Part shown: piece after piece, positions 1 through 10,009 of the stretch
Layout: each line of letters begins with the position of its first letter
Numbering within the stretch: position 1 is the first letter of the stretch
Origin: Octopus sinensis
Taxonomy: Eukaryota
Length of the DNA: 64,000 bases
Reading direction: 5' to 3'
Assembly (NCBI RefSeq): GCF_006345805.1
Contig: NC_043002.1
Location: 113,274,001 to 113,338,000, forward strand
Made by a program: the position numbers and the translations under genes
The notes under the pieces: model-generated
Databases searched by the model: none
Seen by the model: only the letters and a program-made list of their open reading frames with translations
Told to the model about the DNA's origin: nothing

Positions 1-125
1 CATTCGGCATTCCAGAAACCTGCGAAGCTTGAAAAGCGGCGGAATCAAACTGTTATAAATAATACGTGGAACTCGTCCTAAACGTGTTGAGTGCCTTTCC
101 TTTTGTTTGTCTACTCACTCCGTAT

Positions 126-850
126 TCTTTTACTCTCTTTTACTCATTTCAGTCATTTGACCGCGACCATGCTGAAGCACCACCTTTTAGTCGATCAAAT
201 CGACCCCAGGACTTATTCTTTGTAAGCCTAGTACTTATTCTATCGGTCTCTTTTACCGAACCGCTAGGTGACGGAGACGTAAAAGCACCAGCATCGGTTG
301 TCAAGCGATGTTGGGTACAAACACAGACACGCAAACATATACACACACATAGACACACACACACATACATATATATATATATGAAGTCGTAAGACGTCCA
401 CTGTTTTGTCCTGTTATTACTATTCTTGTTTTTTATTTCTATTTTTTGTTTCTTGTATTTATGTTCGTGTGGCATCCTGTCCTTGTTTCGTATACATTCG
501 ATCCTCTTTCCAAGAAATCTAATGCCCGTGGCTTAGTTTTTCTTTGGGACTGGCCGTATCGGAGCGATATCGAGGATTAACCAGCCGAAATTGCTAAGAT
601 GATCCGGTTCCTGACTGAAGATTAGAGGCTTCGTCTGTTTTTTGTGCCGTCTCTTTGTGTGTTTTTGCGTTCTTTCCCATTTTGTAATTTATATTTAATT
701 TCTATACATATATATATATATGTATATATAAACATATATGCGATGGCCTTCTTTCAGTTTCCATCTACCAAAGCTATAGTAGAAGACACTTGCCCAAGAT
801 GCCACGCAGTGGGACTGAACCTGGAATCATGTGGTTGGTAAGCAGGCTAC
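126..850 (-). mobile_element. SINE family A (tRNA-like head + CORE-like body + internal TA/TG microsatellite + CR1-like tail). Interrupted by repeat D and cut at the head by element F.
   Basis: Reverse complement of the family-A tail (TTTACTC..TTTCAGTCATTTGAC..CATGCT) at 126-385 and of the head/body at 735-850. The first ~25 nt of the head are replaced by element F. Confidence 0.85.
386..712. mobile_element. Interspersed repeat D (unclassified, possibly Penelope-like derived), inserted in the TA tract of SINE A
   Basis: Clear homology to 34430-34757 (AATCTAATGC..CTTTGGGACTGGCC..CAGCCGAAATTG..GATGATCCGGTTC..GACTGAAGA). TA repeats lie on both sides. Confidence 0.6.
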
Positions 851-1260
851 TTTATTTTTTTTAAATTTGCCATGAAGGTACGATACAGAGTAGCTTTCGG
901 GCTGGACAGAAACATTGATGAGATGAATGATGAAATACAATTATATTAATGGGAGAAGACAAAAAACGCCCGCTTCTCTAAAACATTATTTTTTACACAA
1001 AAAACAAACCGAGGTATTGAACCTCTTACTTCCGTTTTTACAATGTTTTGGACTTAATAGTCCATTTACAAATTGAGGCGCTGAGCCTTTTGCATACTTA
1101 AACATTATAACAGTGAGGCTTTTCAACCTCTTGTCAATTTTCCTCCCCAACATCGCTTCTGCCCGTATACTCCGTCATTATCCACACCTCGTTTAAAACC
1201 AAAGCGGGCTCCGAGTCTGCGTCACCCGGCCACAAGCGATATTCCTCTTTGAGTCCCTCC
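851..1260 (-). mobile_element. Element F copy 1: 5'-truncated non-LTR-like 3' end (ORF C-terminus + 3'UTR ending AATAAA)
   Basis: 3'UTR homologous to 8363-8606. Encodes EGLKEEYRLWPGDADSEPALVLNEVWIMTE, homologous to KGINEEYRFYPGDADTEHDSILKEEWRMTE at 14439-14672. Confidence 0.65.
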
Positions 1261-1657
1261 AGCTTGTTCGCCAACCACATGGTTCTGGGTTCAGTCCCAC
1301 AGCGTGGCACCTTCGGCAAGTGTCTTCTACTATAGCCTCGGGACGACCAAAGACTTGTGAGTGGATTTGGTAGACGGAAACTGAAAGAAGCTCGTCGTAT
1401 ATATGTATATGTGTGTGTATGTGTTTGTGTGTGCGTGTGTGTGTATGTGTGTGTGTGTGTGTTTGCCACCCCACCCCCCAACATCGCTTGACAACAGATG
1501 GTGGTGTGTTTACGTCCCCGTAACGTAGCGGTTCGGCAAAAGAGACAGATAGAATAAGTACTAGGCTTACAAAGAATAAGTCCTGTGGTCGATTTGCTCG
1601 ACTAAAGGCGGTGCTCCAGCATGGCCGTAGTCAAATGACTGAAACAAGTAAATGAGT
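1261..1657 (+). mobile_element. SINE A, missing the first ~25 nt of the head
   Basis: Begins AGCTTGTTCGCCAACCACATGG. Body, internal TG tract and tail GGCGGTGCTCCAGCATGGCC..TCAAATGACTGAAACAAG are intact. Confidence 0.9.
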
Positions 1658-1699
1658 ATTAAAACTATAATTTGTTTTTCAAAAAGTGCATATACATAT

Positions 1700-2110
1700 A
1701 TATACGAAAGGCTTCTTTCAGTTTCCGTCTACCAAATCCACTCACAAGGCTTTGGTCGATCCGAGACTATGGTAGAAGACACTTGCCCAAGGTGCCACGC
1801 AGTGGGACAGAACCCAGAACCATGTGGTTGGTAAACAAGCTTCATACTATACATATTTCTTTACTACCCACAAGGGGCTAAACATAGAGGGGACAAACAA
1901 GGACAGACATAGGTATTAAGTCGATTACATCGATCCCAGTGCGTAATTGGTACTTAATTTATCGACCCCGAAAGGATGAAAGGCAAAGTCGACCTCGGCG
2001 GAATTTGAACTCAGAACGTAACGGCAGACGAAATACTGCTGAGCATTTCGTCCGGCGTGCTAACGATTCTGCCAGCTCGCCGCTTCTTACCATACATCCA
2101 CGCTCGTGCC
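1700..2110 (-). mobile_element. SINE A 5' half, split in the head by a SINE C insertion
   Basis: Body/head at 1700-1843. The remainder of the head (TTACCATACATCCACGCTCGTGCCT) resumes at 2087-2110. Confidence 0.85.
1844..2083 (-). mobile_element. SINE family C (tRNA-like head, central GTCGACTTTGCCTTTCATCCTTTCGGGGTCGATAAATTAAGTACC domain, Tx1-like tail), full length
   Basis: Homologous to 3597-3812 and 57203-57433. GCTTC is duplicated at 1839-1843 and 2082-2086. Confidence 0.9.
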
Positions 2111-2883
2111 TGAACGTATGTTAGTATAAATACACACACACACATACACGCGCGCGCATACACATTTCACACTTACCCCTTTACGTTTGTGTGTGAACCA
2201 GTTTTCCGATGTTGCCACCTTTGTGTGAAGTCACGCATTTGTAAAGATGTGTATGAATATCTTTGCCTTTTCCAGTTAAAATAATAAGTCGAAGCGTGGA
2301 GCTTGTGTGTATTGCAGTGTTGAAAATAACCACTAATAAGCGTATAGTAGAGGAAAATACTGGGCGAAGCAAAAATCCAACAGATGCCGTCTCTCTTCTC
2401 CGACCCCGCTACTCTGTATAACAGTATCTATGTGAAGTGGAGTTGGTCACCATCACAAACTACTTGTAATAAAAGTATAGGCCGGCTGTTTCATTCTGTT
2501 TGTAGAGAGATCAGTTTTCTATAACAGCAAACTATAAAAGCATCACCCACCACTTTCCCCGGAGTCCACTTTACTAACACCCTAACATTCCCTCTTATCT
2601 TGCTATCAATGAAGATCGTGCTTGAGTAAAGTAAAGCTTATTGTAGATGGTTTAACTTGGGAGTTTCTTCTTATCTTTGGCGTTTATTTATCATTCTGGT
2701 TTCGTTATTACTAAATTGCTGTCGAGATATTGGCATTTGTCGCGTGGCTCGCCAGCTACTGTGGTAAACTGTAATTTCTTCAGATTCTTATGTTTTCAAT
2801 ACAGATTACGCCAAAAATCACGTTTTCAAAATTTTTATTTCTCACCTTCCCCACTTTTTTTCGAAATTTTTTTAAATCCCCGT

Positions 2884-3049
2884 AGGCGCAGGAGTGGTTG
2901 TGTAGTAAGTAGCTTGTTTACCAATCACATGGTTCCGGGTTCAGTCCCACTGCGTGGCATCTTGGGCAAGTGTCATCTACTATAGCCTCGGGCCAACCAA
3001 AGCCTTGTGAGTGGATTTGGTAGACGGAAACTGAAAGAAGCTCGTCGTA

Positions 3050-3095
<46 letters not shown>

Positions 3096-3306
3096 TGTGT
3101 GTGTTTGTCCCCCTAGCATTGCTTGACAACCAATGCTGGTGTGTTTATGTCCCCGTTACTTAGCGGTTCGGCAAAAGAGACCGATAGAATAAGAACTGGG
3201 CTTACAAAAGAATAACTGGTCGAGTTGCTCGATTAAAGGCGGTGCTCTAGCATGGCCGCAGTCAAATGACTGAAACAAGTAAAAGCGTAAAAGAGTAAAG
3301 AGAGTA
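2884..3306 (+). mobile_element. SINE A, full length
   Basis: AGGCGCAGGAGTGG head with A-box-like TGGTTGTGTAG and B-box-like GGTTCAGTCCC, internal (TA)n/(TG)n, tail ending GTAAAAG repeats. Confidence 0.9.
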
Positions 3307-3596
3307 GAAAAATACAGAGATTGCGAATGTGGGGAAAATGTTTCTAATTGAGAAATTGGGAAATTAAAATTTTGAAGACATGTTTTTTTTGGGTTTTTTT
3401 TGGCAAAATTGTAATCTACTAATATCGAAAACAGGAATCCAAGAAATATTTGGAAAAAACAGTGTAAGGGGGAGGGTGCAAACGCTTTACCTCCGCCCGC
3501 TCTACATCTCTTTCTACTATTTAGAATTACTGTTTTATTGAGACTGTTTATACAGTTCTCATTTTCTATGAATTTTGCAACTAAAAATACATACCT

Positions 3597-3812
3597 ATTT
3601 TCTTTACTACCCACAAGGGGACAAACAAGGACAGACAAACGGATTAAGTCGATTATATCGACCCCAGTGCGTAACTGGTACTTATTTAATCGACCCCGAA
3701 AGGATGAAAGGCAAAGTCGACCTCGGCAGAATTCGAACTCAGAACGTAGCGGTAGACGAAATACCGCTAAGCATTTCGCCCGGCATGCTAACGATTCTGC
3801 CAGCTCGCCGCC
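3597..3812 (-). mobile_element. SINE C with target-site duplication
   Basis: CAACTAAAAATACATACCT at 3578-3596 is repeated, with an expanded A-run, at 3812-3834. Confidence 0.9.
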
Positions 3813-3867
3813 AACTAAAAAAAAATACATACCTGCTTTTAAAGTGAGTGTGTCGGTGTGTGTGTAT

Positions 3868-3880
3868 AGTAGTAGAAGTT

Positions 3881-3925
<45 letters not shown>
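3868..3925. repeat. (AGT)n microsatellite
   Basis: Direct reading. Confidence 0.95.
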
Positions 3926-3926
<1 letters not shown>

Positions 3927-4212
3927 ATCTTTTCATTTTGGCTGCAAATGGATCTATTCGGTTCGGTTGCCAGCATTTCAAAAATTAAAATTTATTGAAA
4001 ATTTGGTACATATTGATGCTGAATTGCTGGAGTTATTACACTTTTACCAGAAAAAAGTTTTAAAAAGAGTTATAGAGGTTTAAAGTTTGTTCATTTTTCA
4101 TTCAGTCGGGAAAGGGAATTTGGAAGCTGTCATTTTGTGCGTGACTGCAACATTGTGTCAAAATCCTGAAAATATCACGTGTTGTCAAGAAAGAGTAAAC
4201 AACATATCTTTT

Positions 4213-4384
4213 CAGTTCTTTATTTAAGAGATGAGGAATTATGTACAGTATTTACATTTGACGGGTATTTGTCCTCTTCTTGTTTGTTGTTAACACAACG
4301 TTCCGGCTGATATACCCTCCAGCCTTCGTCAGGTGTCTTGGGGAAATTTCGAACCTGGGTTCTCATTCCTAAGGTATTTTTCGA

Positions 4385-4424
<40 letters not shown>

Positions 4425-4516
4425 GTTATTATTATTATTATTATTAATATTATTATTAATATCATTATTATTATTATTATTATTATTATTAATATTATTA
4501 TTAATATCATTATTAA

Positions 4517-4547
<31 letters not shown>

Positions 4548-4753
4548 ATCATTATTATTATTAATATCATTATTATTATTATTAATATTATTATTAATAT
4601 CATCATTATTATTATTATTATCATTATTATTATTAATATCATTATTATTATTATTATTATATATTATTATTATTATTATTCAGGTCACTGCCTAGAATCG
4701 AACTCAGAATCTTGGGGTTAGAAGCCCGCGCTCTTAACCGCTATGCCATATGC
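4213..4753 (-). mobile_element. Composite SINE 'HH': tRNA-like head (4681-4753) + (AAT)n (4387-4680) + tail with hammerhead-like motif (4213-4386)
   Basis: Head has TGGCATAGCGG (A box) and GAGTTCGATTC (B box). The same head-AAT-tail order and orientation recur at 46170-46995. Confidence 0.75.
4292..4337 (-). ncRNA. Minimal type I hammerhead ribozyme-like motif (one core mismatch)
   Basis: Minus strand reads GACAC-CTGACGA-A-GGCTG(gagggtatat)CAGCC-GGAA-CG-TT-GTGTT. Stem I GACAC/GTGTT, stem II 5 bp, palindromic ACGT stem III. GAAA core reads GGAA in this copy. Confidence 0.65.
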
Positions 4754-4975
4754 ATTGTGATATTACGAAAAGATTTACCTAAAAACAAACTAGCACATTA
4801 CAAATTGAATATTTTTTAAAAACAAACATTTTGTTGACCAGTTCATAAATTCACATGCTCAATTGCCAACTCGTCTCACCAACTACAGTCTAGTTCAATG
4901 CTGCTATGTCACATTGTGTTGTGCTGTGCATTGCATGACATGAAAGAATATTCTTCGGCACATTGTCAACAGTGT

Positions 4976-5362
4976 GGATGGAAGCACTCCGTCGGTTACG
5001 ACGACGAGGGTTCCGGTTGATCCGATCAACGGAACAGCCTGCTCGTGAAATTAACGTGTAAGTGGCTGAGCACTCCACAGACACATGTACCCTTAACGTA
5101 GTTCTCGGGGATATTCAGCGTGACACAGAGAGTGACAAGGCCGGCCCTTTGAAATACAGGTACAACAGAAACAGGAAGTAAGAGTGAGAGAAAGTTGTGG
5201 TGAAAGAGTACAGCAGGGATCACCACCACCCCCTGCCGGAGCCCCGTGGAGCTTTAGGTGTTTTCGCTCAATAAACACTCACAACACCCGGTCTGGGAAT
5301 CGAAACCGCGATCCTATGACAGCGATTCCGCTGCCCTAACCACTGGGCCATTGCGCCTCCAC
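4976..5362 (-). mobile_element. SINE family B (tRNA-derived), full length, 12-bp TSD
   Basis: TGTCAACAGTGT at 4964-4975 and 5363-5374. Head GTGGAGGCGCAATGGCCCAGTGG...TTCGATTCCC. Confidence 0.95.
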
Positions 5363-6331
5363 TGTCAACAGTGTAATGAGTTGTGGAGTAAGAAAGGAAA
5401 CGAGAATGCGGAGGGATTAACTGTGGAGCAGTTAATCATAGTTTGTGAGTAACTTGAAATATGAAACTAGAATTAAACAGGTACAGTGATAAGTAAGAGG
5501 ATGAGGATGCTGTTGATGATGCTTTTGATGGTGAATCAACGCACTCGCGTCAGGAATCTGTAATGTTAGGCAAATTAGTTATGACGAAAGTTACTCGCAG
5601 AGTGTAATGGAATCTAACGGATATTTAAAATGGGATTAACTACGGAAATGTAACAGAAATATTGTGTTAATATAAACAGGGACATTAGTTACAACGCATG
5701 TGCATGTTCAAACTGTTACTGCAGCTAATGTAAATAAAATGGTATTAAATAGCAAAGGAATGGAGAAATTTAAGGATTCCAAAGAGAGCGTTGACCAATG
5801 TTTATGTTGTTGCTGTCATTGCCTGGCAGACCGGTTGACATGTGGTTAACCTTTGAAAAATAAGGAAAAAGAAATTATCCTTACAAAAGGAAATCCTGGT
5901 TATCAAATATCACATACTCTACCTATCCGTTAAAGTTGAGAAAAATCTTTAAATTTGCAGTATACTAGTGCTTTCCGTGGAAAACAATCTATTCAGGATT
6001 AATATTAGGTGTAAGGATTTGATGCCTTTTCCAACACGTGCTACTAAAGAGGATGGAGCAGCAAGAGAATATTATTTTTGTGTACATTCAAAACTAAACA
6101 GTGTTACTTAATAGCAAAAGCTTGCAATCGATTAGAAAGTGTAAGAAGAGGTGATTGTTTGTCTTTACTAACAATGGACTGTGATATCCTGATATAGAAA
6201 ATCTTGCGAAACACCGTCACCCATGAAGATCCCACTGAATAAATACAGTAACAAGTATTATAGTCTTTTGGGTTTTTTTGTTTTTTTTGCTAAAACATTT
6301 ATCTTTGTACCCAACAAATAATAATCTATCC

Positions 6332-6717
6332 GTGGAGGCGCAATGGCCCAGTGGTTAGGGCAGCGGACTCGCGGTCGTAGGATCGCGGTTTCGATTCCCA
6401 GACCGGACGTTGTGAGTGTTTATTGAGCGAAACCACCTAGAGCTCCACGAGGCTCCGGCAGGGATGGTGGTGGTCCCTGCTGTACTCTTTCACCACAACT
6501 TTCTCTCACTCTTACTTCCTGTTTCTGTTGTACCTGTATTTCAAAGGGCCGGCCTTGTCACTCTCTGTGTCACGCTGAATATCCCCGAGAACTACGTTAA
6601 GGGTACACGTGTCTGTGGAGTGCTCAGCCACTTACACGTTAATTTCACGAGCAGGCTGTTCCGTTGATCGGATCAATCGGAACCCTCGTCGTCGTAACCG
6701 ACGGAGTGCTTCCCCCT
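6332..6717 (+). mobile_element. SINE B, full length, 12-bp TSD
   Basis: AATAATCTATCC at 6320-6331 and 6718-6729. Confidence 0.95.
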
Positions 6718-7177
6718 AATAATCTATCCTACCCCAAAATAGCTGGCCTTGTTCCAAAAATCTGGAACCAATTTTAGAGTCAACCATTGTTGAAAAGAAT
6801 TCAGTCATCTACACTTCAATTATTACCGTTGATTAAACCTGAACTCGTTTCGTATATCAGGGTTGAGCTATGTTGCATTTCGGTCATTCAGTCATAAATG
6901 TTGCTCCAGCAATGAATCTTTTTTGGCAAACACTCTTATTACTTTCAAGACAGTGATTTCACTTATATCTGGAGCACCTAATCCTTGATATTTGTGATGA
7001 CCACGAAATATCAGTCCTTGTTTTGCGCATCAAATCGAGAACCGCGTCTACATTATGAGCTGCAGGTCTCACTTTGTGAGGGTAAAGTGTTTCTACTTTA
7101 TTAACAAGTTAGAATCAAGGCCAGAAAAGACATTTCTGTCATTCAAGACTGTTGTGTGTATCTGTGTGTGTATGTGT

Positions 7178-7395
7178 GAGAGAGAGATAGGGGGGAGAGA
7201 GATAGAAAGAGAGAGAGAGGGAGAGAGATAGAAAGAGAGAGAGGGAGGGAGAGAGAGAGAGAGATAGGGAGAGAGAGAGAAAGAGAGAGAGGAGAGAGAT
7301 AGAAAGAGAGAGAGGGAGGGAGAGAGAGAGAGAGATAGGGAGAGAGAGAGAAAGAGAGAGAGGGAGAGAGAGAGAAAGAGAGAAAGAAGAGAAGA
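7178..7395. repeat. (GA)n/GGGA/GATA polypurine tract
   Basis: Direct reading. Confidence 0.95.
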
Positions 7396-7884
7396 TATTT
7401 TGTAGGTATTTTAAAATAAATCTGCGACAAACCAGAATCGTATTCTTGAGAAACTCGTTTTTCTTATTTTATTGTCTGAGCTCGATAAAACTACAGCTGA
7501 CTATTTTTGGAAAAATCAGCATGATTGATTAGATTGATTGATTCAGTTAGAAGTTGCATTGATAAGTAATATTGATATCGATTATCGATTTCATTACAAT
7601 TATACCACCAGTATCGCGGACACTTAATATTGTTTATGTTTACGCATTTCGGATTCGATCCCTCGACTATGTTGTTAAAAAATTCGTTCTGCAACCACGT
7701 ACTTCTGTGTTCGATCCTATCACACAACATTTTGGGCAAGATTCTTCTACTGCAGAAGGTTGTCCAGTATTTTGTGAGTAGAAACTGGTCGGCGGAAACC
7801 GTGCAGATGACCATCGTTCCTGCATAACTGTGCGTGTCGGTGACTGTTTATTTTGTTTGATACAAAACTACCCGTTAGATTCGG

Positions 7885-8089
7885 TGTTGTGTCAAAGAAA
7901 TCGACCCGAAGACTTATTCTCTGTAAGCCTATACTTATTCTATCGGTCTCTTTTGCCGAACCGCTAAATTTCGGGAACATAAGCACACCAGCATCGGTTG
8001 TCAAGTGATGGCAGGGGGAAAACACAGACACACGCGCACACCACACACACACACACATAAATATACACATACATACATACATACATACA

Positions 8090-8125
<36 letters not shown>

Positions 8126-8162
8126 TATACATACACATATATATATATATATAATATATATA

Positions 8163-8225
<63 letters not shown>

Positions 8226-8362
8226 GACGGCCTTCTTCTAAATTTTGTCTACGAAATCCACTCACAAAGATCTGTTCGACCCGAGGCTATAATAGAAGAC
8301 ACTTGTTCAAAGTGTCACGCATTGGATTGAACCCGGAACCATGTGGTTGGGAAACAAGCTTC
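7885..8362 (-). mobile_element. SINE A (tail degenerate), head cut by element F copy 2
   Basis: Family-A body with expanded TACA/TA tract. Ends ...GGGAAACAAGCTTC immediately before TTTATT. Confidence 0.85.
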
Positions 8363-8830
8363 TTTATTTCATTACATTTGCCATAAAGGCAGTACATAGA
8401 GTAAAGTAGCTTTGCACGCTGGAAAGGACATTAATGAAATGAATGATAATGAAAGAAAGATGATAAGGATGGGAGAAGACAAAAAACGCCCGCCGACTTC
8501 TGCTTCTCTAAAACATTGTTCTTTAAAACCAAACACAAAACGAGGTATTAAACCTCTTACAACTTTTACAACTTTTCAATTTTTGGACTTAACAATCCAT
8601 TACAAACAACAACATAGTTCAATAATTACATATAATATATATAAATACAATACACAAAGCCCCTCCTCCCAGACCTGGCTTACGCTTCCCTTAGGCAATG
8701 CGCCAGCTCTAGGTCGGGGTCCCTCAAGGCGTATCTAAACATGTCCTTTGAGAAGGTGTTCATTACCCTGACCATAGCGACATCCGATATCCACAGATCT
8801 ACAATGGAAGAATTCACCACGTGTAGTTGA
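8363..8830 (-). mobile_element. Element F copy 2 (non-LTR-like 3' end)
   Basis: 8363-8606 aligns with 851-1075 (TTTGCCAT..GAGTA..AGCTTT..GGGAGAAGACAAAAAACGCCCGC..CGAGGTATT..TTTTGGACTTAA). Extent beyond 8606 is uncertain. Confidence 0.6.
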
Positions 8831-10009
8831 GGGTAAAAGAAAACGTTGAACGACAGTAAGTACGTCTAACATTTATAAAGCAGTGACATACATACATACA
8901 TAGATACTTGTAGCACACATATATATACGTGCAGAGTGAAAATAAATCACACTATTTAATGTGACGGACTACACTGCAAAAAATTAAAAAATCACTGATT
9001 TCATTTCTGTTTACAAACTTTCTCCGTGTCTACACTAAACATACACTAAACTTACATATCTACAGCTCATACAAACGTACACCTAACAAGAAAAACTAGA
9101 AACATAAATATCTCCAATTCTGTGTGAACATTTACATTTAGTCGTCTCTCATGACTATAATAATGTGTAAAATTGCCTTTTAAATTACCTTTTATTGTAA
9201 CAACACAATTAAATGCACGATAAAAAGTCATGGAATTAAGCACCTACTACTTTATACATACAACTGAATTCAGAAATTTGAAAAATATATACATAACATT
9301 GAACTCAGAAAGTTATTTTTTAAAAAATCATCGTGTGAGTGAGTATACATATACATATACATATGTATGTGGAGAGAAAGAAAAGAGAAAGGAAAAAAAA
9401 AAATGTAAACAGGTTTGACCTTTTACTGACCATTAACGTCCTTTGTCTCCACCATCTGCCCTATCTATTTATAGACTCAAAGAACATGAATTCTTTAACC
9501 AACCATTCTCCCACACATTGGAGTGTTGATGGTGGCTGTGGCTACACATAAAACAATGTCATTGATGATGATGATGGTGATGGTGGTGAAGGTGATAGTA
9601 ATAACAATAATAACTGACAGATCCCGTCTTTTTCCCTTTCTTTTCGTTTCCTTCTCCGTATAGTCAAAAACATGTGCCTTCTCGCACATAAACACAGTAT
9701 TCACACATATACAAACATGCGCAGATGCAATTATTGAAGTACTAAATGGCACGTCAAATGATATTTAATCGTGTGGAACATTTTGCATGCATATCAATAT
9801 TCTAAAGTTGGACATACTATCCCTTATCCTAAAGCTGCTTCAGACAATTAGGAAGGGTTCCCGACTCGTTGCACCGTCTGCTTTCAATCTTGGATTGTGA
9901 TTCGGCTCAGCCCAAACTCTCTCAAGGATTGCACCTGTTTTTTTGTTCCTGATTTAACTCCGATTTGTCCTAGAGCCCATAGAAGATTGTTTTTAGTCAA
10001 CCATCCATC

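Noticed and set aside
575-650. CCGAAA..CTGAAGA in repeat D as a permuted hammerhead (also 34625-34680)
   Set aside because: Could not build stems I and III or a properly placed NUH site.
4220-4721. Poly-I/poly-L ORFs; also poly-D/M/S at 52025-52520 and poly-I at 55918-56610
   Set aside because: Trinucleotide microsatellite artefacts.
5026-5278. Recurrent 60-83 aa ORF MVVIPAVLFHHNFL.. (also at 6416, 15474, 25351, 26173, 44645)
   Set aside because: Read-through of non-coding SINE B. Identity between copies reflects repeat youth; start and frame vary between copies.
5375-6300. Possible decayed piggyBac-like transposase (acidic EDEDAVDDAFDGE; AFRGKQSIQ)
   Set aside because: Only two short motifs amid many stops, and no TTAA/TIR found. 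Needs a translated HMM search.
6332-6410. tRNA-like sequences at the heads of SINEs A, B, C, G and HH
   Set aside because: No closed acceptor stem, and each continues into SINE body; not called as tRNA genes.
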